Shown: positions 26,375-38,366 of the stretch, one piece after another | How the letters are laid out: each line of letters starts with the position of its first letter | How positions within the stretch are numbered: the first letter of the stretch is position 1 | Source: Antedon mediterranea | Taxonomy: Eukaryota > Animalia > Echinodermata | Length of the DNA: 64,000 nucleotides | Assembly (NCBI RefSeq): GCF_964355755.1 | Contig: NC_092671.1 | Coordinates: 25,308,070-25,372,069, forward strand | Direction: 5' to 3' | The notes under the pieces: generated by a model | What the model was told of the DNA's origin: nothing | Database searches by the model: none | What the model saw: the letters and a program-made list of their open reading frames with translations, nothing else | Position numbers and translations under genes: made by a program

Positions 26375-29319
26375 TACTATACAGAGATCCAGATGAACCT
26401 TTTTACTAACAATGGTACTCATATTATATATTGAGATCCAGTCAAGTATGTAAAAAAAATGTTAATGTTTTTACTATACCAGAAACATACACTACCAGTA
26501 TATGTATCTTGTTTTTTGTTTGTAACTGTTTGAGGGTCTCATGCATTTCAGCCTTTCCGTTTTGAGTCACCCTTAAATAATGATTAATATAAAGAATTTG
26601 ATTAATCTGCTTTTATATATTTTTTAAATCGATATACAATTTATTTTATTTATTACATATATATATTTTATATGTAAACAAACATTGATAATATATAATG
26701 ATTTAAGAGTTAAAATGAAAATTTACTTTACTTTTTTGATTGGAACTAGTACTAGGTTATTCATTAAAGTTATTTTTGTTATGAAGTCTAGTTAGCACAA
26801 ACTCATCTTAAATGCCAAGAATAGAATTATCTAAGAACATGCACTGGCAACAATCCCATAGATTTTGCACTGGCGCAGTCATTTATACTAGCAATAAATA
26901 CAACATGAAATTCTATAGAGATTTCATGGCATCATCCCTTGAGGTTCATTGTCGTGGTGACCTAGTTAAGGCAATTTCCAAGTTAGCAATATCTGCAGAG
27001 AATACAACATATATTTCGTGACAAGAAGGTAGCAGCAAACCAACAACAGTAATTACGCAGACACTTACAAAAAAAAATCATCACCTGTTGTAAAAAAATA
27101 AATAAATCCAATTTTCAGAAGGTGTAGTATGGTCTACATTTTTTTAATGCAATCTAACGACTTGTATATACCCATAACTAACAGAAACTTGATATTAAAA
27201 CATTAGACATTAATTAAAACTTAAATTTACTATTTCCGATACCAAACTGCCAGATATTCTGCTTGAAAATACATCCCAACATACAGGTATATTAACTCCT
27301 TATTATATTAAATTTTATGTTGGTTTTCTAACAATGGATAGTATCACTTCACTGCAAACCTGTTTCTATGCAATGCAAGGATGTAAACGCAAAACAATTT
27401 CAAGATTGCATAATCAATCTACTTGCTGTTTTTGGATCAAATACTTTTGAGTTGTTCTAGTGGGACCAAAAGGTTGTAGTTTTATAAGGGTACACCAATC
27501 ACATCATACTATAAAGCACTGCTTTCAAAAACTTTGTGCAAATACTTTGTGTGACGATTTAATTTGATAGTTTACACACTGATTTTCATTCTTGTTGCCT
27601 TTTTTTTTTAGCCCATTGGCTAAAATAATTACCATTAAGTATGAAATGTGTAGGCCTACTGAATATGATCTATTGTTGTACAATGATCGATATAGGATCT
27701 ACTGTTTAGTGGTCAATGGCCATATACCAATGGTAAATTGCTAGTGGTTCTTTGTACTATAACTCTACATGTGGGATAAAGGCATTAAAGGATTTTGTTA
27801 TAGTGGTAGTTATGGATTACAATCAAACTATCTTTCTTTCTGCCTATATCAGTATTCTGCCTATTACGACAACAGTTCTCTGTTGAAAAGCTGCGTCGTG
27901 GCTAGCTGGTCTACTACAGCTTGTAGATCACGCATCACCAGGACTGATAACACGGAAGTAGACGGAAGTCTCTACCAACTTTACATGGCCATCAATTAAC
28001 TGTAACTAAAGCGTACGCAATTCACTGTGTAAGCTGAACCATCGTAAAAGTAAATTTCCGGCTTAAAAAATTACGTACTTAACTAATTTAAAGAAGCTAG
28101 ACCACATCAATTTTTTAGGCCAAATTACATCAAATCAATTACCAAATACACTATTTATAGTACCATTTCCAATTTGAATTTAAACAAGAAATATTTCTTA
28201 CAAAAATCCCAGATCCATGAGTGTTTGCTCCGGAGCCATGTACTAGAGTAATTCCTGATCTTTGATTTTGTCCAAAGTATTTGTGGAGTTTATCTAATTT
28301 TGAATAAGCTTTCTGCATTATAAATATAAATTTATTTATAAATAAACTACACTACTGGCATTAGACATTAAATTAATAAAAACTAACATCTGTATTAAAA
28401 TAAGATTAGAAAGTAAAAACAAAAATACCTTGTTTTTGAAAGTATATTATTATATTTTTAAATTGTTAATTTTCCTTTAATGCATTATAAACATACATTT
28501 ATAAATAAACTATTGCCATTAGCCTTAAATACATTTAAAGTAACATTTATAATTATTTAAAAAAGATTCAGAAAAAGATAACATTTTGAAAGTCTTTTTT
28601 CAGTACAGTTTTAGTATTTTCAATCGTTTTAAATTTAAAAAGTACACCATGTTAACAACATGGCCTTAATAGCCCCTAAAAATGGGGATGTTTATAATAA
28701 ATGTACGAAAAAAAAAAAAAATTGGTAATCAGGTAACGTCAGTGTCAGCTGTATGTAATAGCATACTGTTCAGTATTGTTAATGTGTCTATTTTTTGCTG
28801 GCTAAGGGGATATAGGTTATTATTAACTACTCCTGAAATAATAAACTTTCACAATGATATTTAAAAAGAATGTCTTTGTTTATTTAATGTAGCTGTCAAT
28901 ATGTATTCACATTTATAGTCTTTATATGAGCATTGACCTATAAAACCATTAGAAAGGTTCTGATAAATGATCATCCTATATAACAGTATAAAATGTATAC
29001 ACTTTCCAGCAGTTGTCGCAAAAAGGGAACAATCTCTGTTCAAGCAACTGAGTTGTCAAAGGCCTCTGTTAAAAAGTCATCATCAATCGTCATCATCGAA
29101 ACCTGACCAACCTAGTAGTGACTACAGCCCTGCTTTAAGTTAATATCATAAGTTTAAACAAACTTTGTAAAACTTACCTGAATTGACCACATTTTAATGA
29201 CAAGCCAAACAAAATTAATGGAAATTTAAATTCACAATTCCAATATCTTCAAAGTGCAATAACTCAATTCCCAAAATTACTATCTTATAATTATGGTCTA
29301 TTAAAAGGAACTTTAACTA

Positions 29320-29428
29320 TTCATAGGTACTTTAACCATTCATAGGTACTTTAACCATTCATAGGTACTTTAACCATTCATAGGTACTTTAACCATTCAT
29401 AGGTACTTTAACCATTCATAGGTACTTT
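29320..29428. repeat. 19-bp tandem repeat, about 5.5 copies
   Basis: Unit ttcataggtactttaacca. Confidence 0.95.
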
Positions 29429-30730
29429 ATCACAGAAAATTAGTATTTCAATGATAAATAGTTTAAATTGTTTAAAAAAATAGTTTTTAACAAAATAATT
29501 GATATTTTATAAACTAAACAAATCTACATCTTACCTGTTTCGGCTACCCTGTAAATCTCTTATGTTAACTAGGCTTAAAATATCAGTATATATATAGCAT
29601 ATACAGCGTAAATAAGTAGTATCACAGAGCTGTTTTCTGTATTGATCATCTGCCAAAAACAATGTACGGTATTTGACTTGTTTCCAGAATTGAAACTTGT
29701 TTAATACTGGACACTTAAGAGAAAAACTATTTCCATACAATTCCCCTGATATTTTCCAGGAAATAATCCAAATGCTTAGTAGTATAGTGTGGAAAAAGTC
29801 AGAACAGGAAGTTTACTAAAGTTAATTATAAATAACCAGAAATAACTTGTCTGCAAACTCCTAATCTGTTTAATAAGAACAATATGAAAAAGAAAGTCTG
29901 CAACCATGACCGGTCATCAAAATATTAAAAATTAATTGGAAAAAATGTGTGATAATAACAAAAATTAGGCTCCGGTTTGTAAATGTTTTTTGTAAATAAA
30001 ATTAATTAATACTATCACTATATGGCAATTAAAATAAAATCAAGTTATCACATACTGTTATGTTTCCTACATCACATCCACATTGAATATTTCCCAGTGG
30101 TTAATTGCCCACATTGTCTCTAGAGAACACACAATTAGGATTTGAAATTAGGTCAGATACCTAGCCTCTGAGTGTACTTTAACAGCCAGTTAAGTTTAAA
30201 ACAAACAACATCATACAACAGGGGAAAACAAATAAGGTGGAGGCGGAGGATGTTTGTAGACTATTTTAGGATGCTATTTAAAGACTTTCTTAATTGAGAA
30301 TTCTTTCATTTCCACATAAAATCAAGTATTCATTGCTATATTTTAGTGCAACAGTATTTGTTAAATCCTTTATAACACATCATTTGATGGCCTAGTCTTC
30401 TGTCTAGCCTTTGACATTCAAAATGCAAGCAGCAGATTGATTGAATAAAAGTTTACCTTAGAATAGTAGGTGAGGTATACAAATAATGAATGTTTATGAG
30501 TGGAATGGTGAGAATATATCATGAGTTGAAAGATTTAATGTTCTATTTAACAAGGCAGGGCAGTCATCATGATTTTGGAAGTAGGTCAAAAATGCTAAAT
30601 GAACATGGGTTGGATGTTTGAGGCATTGCAAATGGGGACAGTTGGTAGATTTGAGGCATAAAAGCATAGGTTTTCCACATGGGCTTTTTAATTAATAGGT
30701 TTAACAGCTTTGGTTTTAGATTTTCCTTAA

Positions 30731-32050
30731 CACTTTGACTGCCAAACACGAGGATCTTTGTGTTTGGAAACACAACGCTTGACTGCCAAACATGAAGATC
30801 TTCGTGTTTCGCGTTTTTTTACGAAATCCGGTACATAGGTTAATTATTGGTATATACTATAAATATGGACACTATATTCGGTCTGGACCGTTAATATTTT
30901 ACTATTTGAAAGTAACTAATCTGGTTACGAACAACTGTCAAAATGGTACCTGTCGAAATAACATACACCACGCATCACAGTAGCGCGTAGAGCGATGGCT
31001 TGGCGCATTGTGTATCGGTCGCGCGCTAGCTACTGTATGCCGCCGAAGCATTACAAAGGTTTTTGTGGATTGGCATGTTTGTTTGTTATCTGAATAAAAA
31101 ATAATGGAGTCATTTTCAATATGAAGTCTTTAATTTTATTATTGTATGTATACTCTAATTGTTTTGGTGTTTCACTGTAAGTGACCGAGTTTCACGCAAC
31201 AAACTTGTTTAGAAATGGTATGGATATTATCATCAGTTTACTAGGCTACCTAGTAGTACTAGAGGCTAGCCTAGGCCTAGTGGTAAAACGGTTCCGGACC
31301 AACTTTAGGCCTGGTTAACTAGGCCTGGTGTCTTTACTATGTGGATTTTGGCGAAACATTGATGTAAGATTTATGATTTATAAAATGTAATACATTTTTC
31401 GATAGTGATAATTTGTTTTTATAGGCCTATCGGTGCCGTGTAAGTAACTTTTTGATTGTTTGTTGATCTCATCAGGCGATATTTTCATATTGTGATGTCT
31501 TACACAAATCGTGAATATGTCGACTTTCTTGCGCGAAACTACGAAAAACTAAAAAAGTGGGTTACTTTTATTTTACTATTACGATTTACATATTGCGATT
31601 TGAAAATCGTTCTTGGTACCATTGTAATACTGGGGCAGCCACCCTCTACCAAGTATATGTTAGGGTATTGGTATAGCTTAATACAATCATTTACTTAAGG
31701 CTGCCCCTATTAAAATATACTGAATAACTACATTAACATATTTACTATTTACTATAACATTAAATTAATACATGCGTACCAGATCAATATATCGAATAAA
31801 CTGAAATTATATACAAGTTATATAAAGAGTTGTAACAAACATATAACATTAATACACTTAATCGAATAGAAATAGAAATATTCTGGGCGCACACGCCTAA
31901 AGCTAAAATCTTTATGATTATTTTAGTCTAAATTACATATAAATCAGATCACATACATAGTTTCAATCAGCTTTAATAAAAACACCGAATTGGGCTAAAA
32001 ACGCTGGCGGTGGCAGTTTCTAACTGGAAAAACCTCTGGCAGTCAAAGTG
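30731..32050. mobile_element. Non-autonomous piggyBac-type element
   Basis: TTAA|CACTTTGACTGCCA ... TGGCAGTCAAAGTG|TTAA; subterminal ttgactgccaaaca repeated at about 30779; no transposase ORF. Confidence 0.8.
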
Positions 32051-32635
32051 TTAAAGACAAAAATTAAACTAAATAAAACAATCTTCATTGTCAGTAAATA
32101 TAGTAACTTCTGCTGGAAGATGCATGTTAATCTGCGTTTTTATTTCATAATAATGTTATATATATATAAACTTCCCAACACTGTAAATCCATATTATTAT
32201 TATGGGTACAGAGTCTGTTAGTTCATGTATGACAAACATCATCTGTCCAACACGAAGGTGAGTCAACCATTGCTTATGGTCTTTGGCTACATCTCTTAAC
32301 AGTATGTCGCTCAGTGTTTTAAGCTTTTAAGTTAAAACATTTCTACTGCTCATCTCTTTTCTACTATAAATTAGGTTTAATGTTATAGCATCTTCTATTG
32401 ATTGGTTTTTAAAAACCTGGAAGAAAACTGTTACAGAAACATGTCGGTCCAGTTGCGAATTAACATTATGCTTAAAAGTTGACTGCGTAGATATGCATGC
32501 CAGACATTGGTCAAATTGAGACGTATTCACAATTTATGAATAAGGTAATTCTATGTTTAAAAGTTGATTGTACCTTATAATATTAAGTTTTCAATATACA
32601 GTGTTATAAAATTGTGCTACTATATTGGCTAAAGT

Positions 32636-32673
<38 letters not shown>

Positions 32674-32690
32674 ACTTTATATATATATAT

Positions 32691-32846
32691 AAATCCAGAG
32701 GCAAATTACTGAAAAAAATGACAATGCTGTGGGTATCAGTGGCTGGATCTCAATGGAGATACATTTTAAATTAAAACGATAAAGTAAACAGCCAGAAAAG
32801 TGAGCAGAGCTTTCGGGCAACACTAGCCCTTCATCAGTGCAAGTGA
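32691..32846 (-). mobile_element. Penelope-like pseudo-LTR fragment inserted in (TA)n
   Basis: Reverse-complement match to 33354-33484; carries a hammerhead motif; flanked by TA tracts. Confidence 0.7.
32804..32840 (-). ncRNA. Minimal type I hammerhead ribozyme with palindromic stem III
   Basis: Minus strand: GCA CTGATGA a GGGC tagtgtt GCCC GAAA GCTC TGC; intact CUGAUGA/GAAA core, AGCU palindromic stem III (dimer-type), CUC triplet; stem I is only 3 bp. Confidence 0.72.
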
Positions 32847-32856
32847 TATATATATA

Positions 32857-33299
32857 TAAACAAATCAGGCAAAGAACATTAATTCTAAACCGCCCGATGA
32901 TATACTGAAATTTAATTAATTAATTTGAAACGATAAAGATGAGGAAATCTATGAGAATGAGAAAAAGTCGCCCCAACCGAGACTCGAATTCGGACCGCCT
33001 GCTTGATATGCAGATGTCCTAACCATTAGACCACTGGGGCTTTCATGGTATTGTTCGAACTCGATTGGATAGCGACTCTTTAACATTCTCGGCGTGGTAC
33101 GGCGGAACAGCACTAGTCCTCAGTTGTACGCACGCGCACCAGAGATCAAATTGATACGCCCTCATCTTACAGTATTTTTATTCACGAGGCGGGATCTCCG
33201 AAGAGATACTTTTATATATATAAACAAATCAGGCAAAGAACATTAATTCTAAACCGCCCGGTGATATACTGAAATTTAATTAATTAATTTGAAACGATA
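32857..33299. mobile_element. tRNA-carrying unit bounded by 79-bp direct repeats
   Basis: 32857-32935 and 33221-33299 differ at one base; they enclose a tRNA-like gene and a terminal hairpin ATCTC-CGAA-GAGAT (33194-33207); junctions are TA tracts. Confidence 0.65.
32969..33040 (-). tRNA. tRNA-Asp(ATC)-like cloverleaf, probably a repeat-borne pseudo-tRNA
   Basis: GCCCCAG TG GTCT AATGGTTAG GAC A TCTGC ATATCAA GCAGG CGGT CCGAA TTCGAGT CTCGG TTGGGGC G: 7-bp acceptor stem, 5-bp anticodon stem, G73, followed by ACTTTTT. Non-canonical A32 and an A53-C61 mismatch. Confidence 0.65.
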
Positions 33300-33306
33300 T
33301 ATATAG

Positions 33307-33484
33307 AGCCAGAAAAGTTAGCAGAGCTTTCGGGCAACACTATCCCTTCATCGTGAAGGGCTAGCTCTGCTAACTTTTCTGGCTGTTTTACTTTATTGTT
33401 TTGATTTAGCTTTTCGCTTTTTTTTTGTATCTCCATTGAGATCCAGCTACTGATACCCACAGCATTCACAATCCTTTGGATTTA
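33307..33484. mobile_element. Penelope-like fragment with inverted arms and defective hammerheads
   Basis: agccagaaaagttagcagagc...cccttca tcg tgaagggctagctctgctaacttttctggct; the minus-strand core reads CGATGA (T lost) and the plus-strand copy lacks GCCCGAAA. Confidence 0.7.
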
Positions 33485-36400
33485 TATATATATATATACA
33501 GTATATATATATAAGAACTTTGGCCAACATATTAACACAATTTGCTGAATGCATGTGTGATGTGAAGTCTTTATAAAACCTTTACTCCATGATAAAACAA
33601 GACAAATTCATTACAAACATAAAAAAAAAAGATTACTTAAAAACTTTCCCTTTGTCTATAAATAAAACTCATCAATTAGATAAAATTGTCTAGAACAAGG
33701 AATCAAAAGTTTAAATTAATGTAGAGAAATTGCAGACACATTTATTTTACTTAGTAATTGGATTATCAATCAAAGTGTCATCTTCAAAATGTCTGTATGA
33801 TAAAATAGATATATGACTTGAGTACATGTCTATTGTATGTATGAACTGGTACAAATTCATTTTTTAATCATTATATTCAACACCAGCAGTGAGCACTATA
33901 GTTGGAGCTCCATGGGTGGGGATATTGGAAACCAGTCTGGGCCCTCCCCGGCTTAGTAAATAATGGCTTTGTTGAAATATAACCTTTCAACATTCAACTC
34001 ATGCCATTGTTCGTACTATTACACTCATAAACATTAATTATTTGTATTTTTTCATTTTTTTTTTACGAAAAAAAGAAATCTCAAGACCAACTGTGAACAT
34101 CTCTGATGAAATTTTTAAAAACCAATCGATTAGGTATGTAAATGCCATTTTAACCTGTTAATGCCATTCAACTTGATGCTATTCTATGCAAAATATTGAT
34201 TATTTGGTTGACCTCTATTGAGTCAACTAGAGTAACATCTTGACCATTTTTCCGCATTGAGTTGACATAATACTAATAGTTGATTCTCTGACTCCCAAAC
34301 CATTATGGGAGGACAAAATGAAATGTGGTAATTTTGTCATTACAGTTTATTCAGCATTTAGCAGAAACAATCCTATAAAAGATGGATACAGAAAATAATA
34401 GAATAAAATAAGATTCATTTTCTTAAAATATTTTTCTATTTGCCAAGATTAATTGAACAACAGACTTTTAGAATGACCTTGTACAATAATTATTTCAAAT
34501 GTGAATTTAGTGTAGTTAATATGTCATTTGTTATGCATTCAAATGCGTAGATGCGAAATGCAAATTTCAGAAATACAAATCGAACGACCTATTTCGATTG
34601 TCGTATTTGCTTAACCTAGAAATGTTCTAGTTTCAGGCAGCTAAAATTTGCTTAAATAATTATTAACAAAACATCAATCAATTATAATTATTATTTATGA
34701 GAAAGTCATTAAAATTTGATGAGAATGTACGATAATAAATAATTTATTAAAAAGCGAGAATTTGTGGAAATCAGAAATATTTATTATTAAAAAATATATA
34801 TTATATGTTTAGGAGCGTGGAGGTTAAAGGTTATAAAGGTTGGTTGTACTTTTCAGGTTTTATATAATTGCTTTGTAAATATTGACAATTATTTTGTTTG
34901 GCAAGTATAAACACATCAAATCATATCAACACCTTATGTATGTACTGTATAGAAATTATTTACATTTTGGAGAAATGGAAATGTTTCTCTCAACATGTTT
35001 TAATGTTATTTTAAATGTTCATCCTCTGCTCATCTTCCTAATATGCATACAGTAGACAAAGCAGAGCAAGGCCCTAACCAAGGTTGCTCTCTCCAGGGGT
35101 ATAGGCCATTGGCCGACCATTAAGTCTAACACAATTAATAGCTCACTGGAGGCCCAGGTTAACCCTGATGTTGCTTTAATCAACTCTGTTTGTAGTCCCC
35201 ATCAAATCTATAGGGAACTCCACAACAGGTCAAGTACACAAGTCAAAATCTACCAAGCAATGAGGAAAGTGCACTAGAGAACTTCCTGCAGCACTCACAT
35301 AGGCAAAAGGATTCACAACAGAAAATCTAAATCTACAAAGAGACAAAACAAAATTCTTAGAATATATAAAAAAATATTTGCACATGAGGATATAAATAAT
35401 ATCAATCTTTCTTTTCTACTCTATTATTTATAATATAAATTCAGTACAGTATTTTTTTAAATAACTTATCAAAGTGTTATAATTGTTTATTTCATATTAT
35501 CAATGGGCAGTTTAAAGTTTTCTCTATATATGCTACAAATCTAATTTTAATATCCCTAATATTATCGAAGGTTTAAAATTTTAATTTATGTACGAATAAA
35601 TTCATAGAGGACATTTAATTACATAATTTATACATTTTACATATTCAAAATTTAGCTATAATAATCACTAATTTATACTCATTTATGTTCTTTTGGAAAA
35701 TTAAAATTATTATGAGTACTGTAATATCACTGAGAAATGTCATGGAAGATTTATAGCTCCATGGTCCAACTATCATTATTTATATTTTAATATCAAGTTG
35801 ATAAATAAATATTTAGTTAAGTAGACATATGATTCAAATACACTTGTTAAGGAGGCTGTTTTAAATATAATAGTTGTTTACATTATCACAATCAAATAGG
35901 ACTAGAACGTGACAATTATAACAATGATTTTGAGCACACTTTTTTTTTGTTAGAGAGGTATGTAATGTAAACACCACTTTTTCATTTCCCCTTATAAACT
36001 CTTTGAACAAAGACCACTCAAAATTAGGTCAAAAATAGTCTAGTAGGAACTGAAAAAGGATCAATAGTTGGAAATAGGCTGGCCTTGGACAAGGTTAGAG
36101 ACCGAACTGGAATTGACCGAAGCATCCACAGACAAAATAAACACATTAATACATACTCCAGGAAAACTGCTGTAGGCTTGACATCACTAATAGAAATGGG
36201 TCACGCAATGGTAAAAAGCTTTACTGTGATTGGATGGTGTAAATGGGCTCAAGGTCACTCTGCTTACATTTGGCAGTTCGTACTTATTTGACTCCTATCA
36301 CAGCCTCCAGAGAGCGTTAAAAATAGCAGTTAAGTGAAACAGTGTGGATTCTCGTCCTAGTTCTACAATACCAGATCGTTCACCTCTTTGCTTTGCACGA

Positions 36401-38021
36401 AGGCACTAGAAATTGGGACAGTTCGTTGCTGGTTACACAACTGGAAGCTGATCAGCAATCTGATGAATGTAACCCTATCATAAATTGTTCACAAATCAAC
36501 ATTAATTTTTTGCGCATAATAAATATGTAACATTTTGCTCATACTACAAGCAACAAACCTAGTATTTCATGACTATTTATGGAAACTAAATGGTTTTTCT
36601 CATCAAAATTCAAATGGTGATTTTATTTCCAATTTCATTAATATTTCTAAATATATAGCTAAAAAAATAATACATAAACAAGTATAGGCAGGATTTAGAG
36701 ATTAATTTTTTAATTTATTTTGTTGAACTTTTCTTTTAAAACTAATAATTTTACAATATTAAAAATGAAACTAATGAGAACTATACTGTTGATGTGCATA
36801 TAATTCAATTAGACATATTTTCTTCCCAATTTATGATTTATTTTCAATATTGTTTACTTGTGTTGTTGTTGTTTATACTGTAAATGCTGTTTCTATTTTT
36901 AATAACAGTATTTTCATCAAATAATTAATAATTATATATCCCTTTGAAATTGCTAGTAAAAAGGTTTAATTCAATTTTGTGTGAAATAGTTATTGTATCA
37001 TTATTTTGAAAACCGTCCTCAATATAATTTTACAGCCTGGCATAATATCACTTTGTCTATGATTTATATATTTCGCTTTGTGAAATGATTTGGAATAAAT
37101 AATAAAATGTATTAAAAAATGATGTCAGTATTTTGAATTATTTCACATTGAAAAATTATATACAATGTTTTGCTTTTCATTCCTATGAATTCTCTAACCA
37201 TGGTTTCAAAATCTTGTATAAATATGTAAAATATGGAAAGAAAAAAAATATAATGTTCTGCTTTATGATTGGCTAACTAAAAATATCATTTGTACCCAAT
37301 ATATTCTAAATAAATTCAAACAAAAGTAGAGATAGGCGTCAAGGTTTTGGAAAAAATTAGCCACAATATGCAATCTATTCTATTATAACCAATCAAGTCC
37401 AGTAAAAGCAAAGATTATTTGTAAACTTATATAATCTAAAAACGCAGGTGATACAGATGCTGTTTAGATTTCAACAACAGTTTCAATAATTTCAATAATA
37501 TTTACAACCACAAAGATACAAATAATAATTATATATTCATGTAATATAATTTTAATTTATTCTAGTGGTTAATTTTACATCTTATTTTCATCTGTTTAGA
37601 GAGTGATTGACCCTATTTAACTATTTTCTAGGCAAATTTAATTGGGCGAATAAAAACGTTAGGCATGCATTCACAATATAAATAAATTTAAATAAAATGC
37701 ACAACCAGTCAGGAATTTTATAGTTTGACTAGAGCCTATTGGTTTAAAAATATCATTGTATACGAATTAATTATACTTTAATTTTATTTTATAATTTCTT
37801 TATTCTAATTATTTAAATTTTATTTATTTATTTATAAAATAGACACACATGCTCAAAACTTCCGTGTTTTAATGTAAAAATACAGTAGTTATAATTTATT
37901 AATTATTTATTTTTCAATTATGAATCATAATTTATCATCATTACCTAAATGCATATAAGATATTATTTTCTCTTTTAGGATAAAAATAATGCATGTACTA
38001 AACATCAGTTGGCAATTTTAA

Positions 38022-38366
38022 AGATGTATTGCTCCCCTGAAAAATAATTTTCTTAAATTTTTGTTTTTGAATATGCCATGTTAATGTCACATAATAGTTA
38101 TTGACTTCGACCAAAATTTGGATCGAAAAAAAAATTATTTACCTGAAAAAAATGGAATTTAAAGCAAAAAATGGTCAAATTGGCTGCCAGCCAATGGATT
38201 TTTGGTTGAATTTAACCATTTATCATGTTATTTTATAAGTGAAAACATTATTTTTTTCTGTTTTTTTTTTCTATTGAAGTGATTAACTTTATTACAACTA
38301 CAAAATAATATATTCAAAGTCTGATTTAATTAATCTTCATTTTTCATGTTGTTGGGGGACAAAACA
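38022..38366. mobile_element. Degenerate Kolobok-type copy (same family as 51198-51849)
   Basis: TTAA|AGATGTATTG start; eroded right end gggggacaaaaca near 38354. Confidence 0.45.

Noticed and set aside
33041-33210. HDV-like or additional hammerhead ribozyme in the tRNA leader (CTGAGGA, CCCGCCTCGTG)
   Set aside because: No matching GAAA/stem II, and no nested double pseudoknot could be built by eye.
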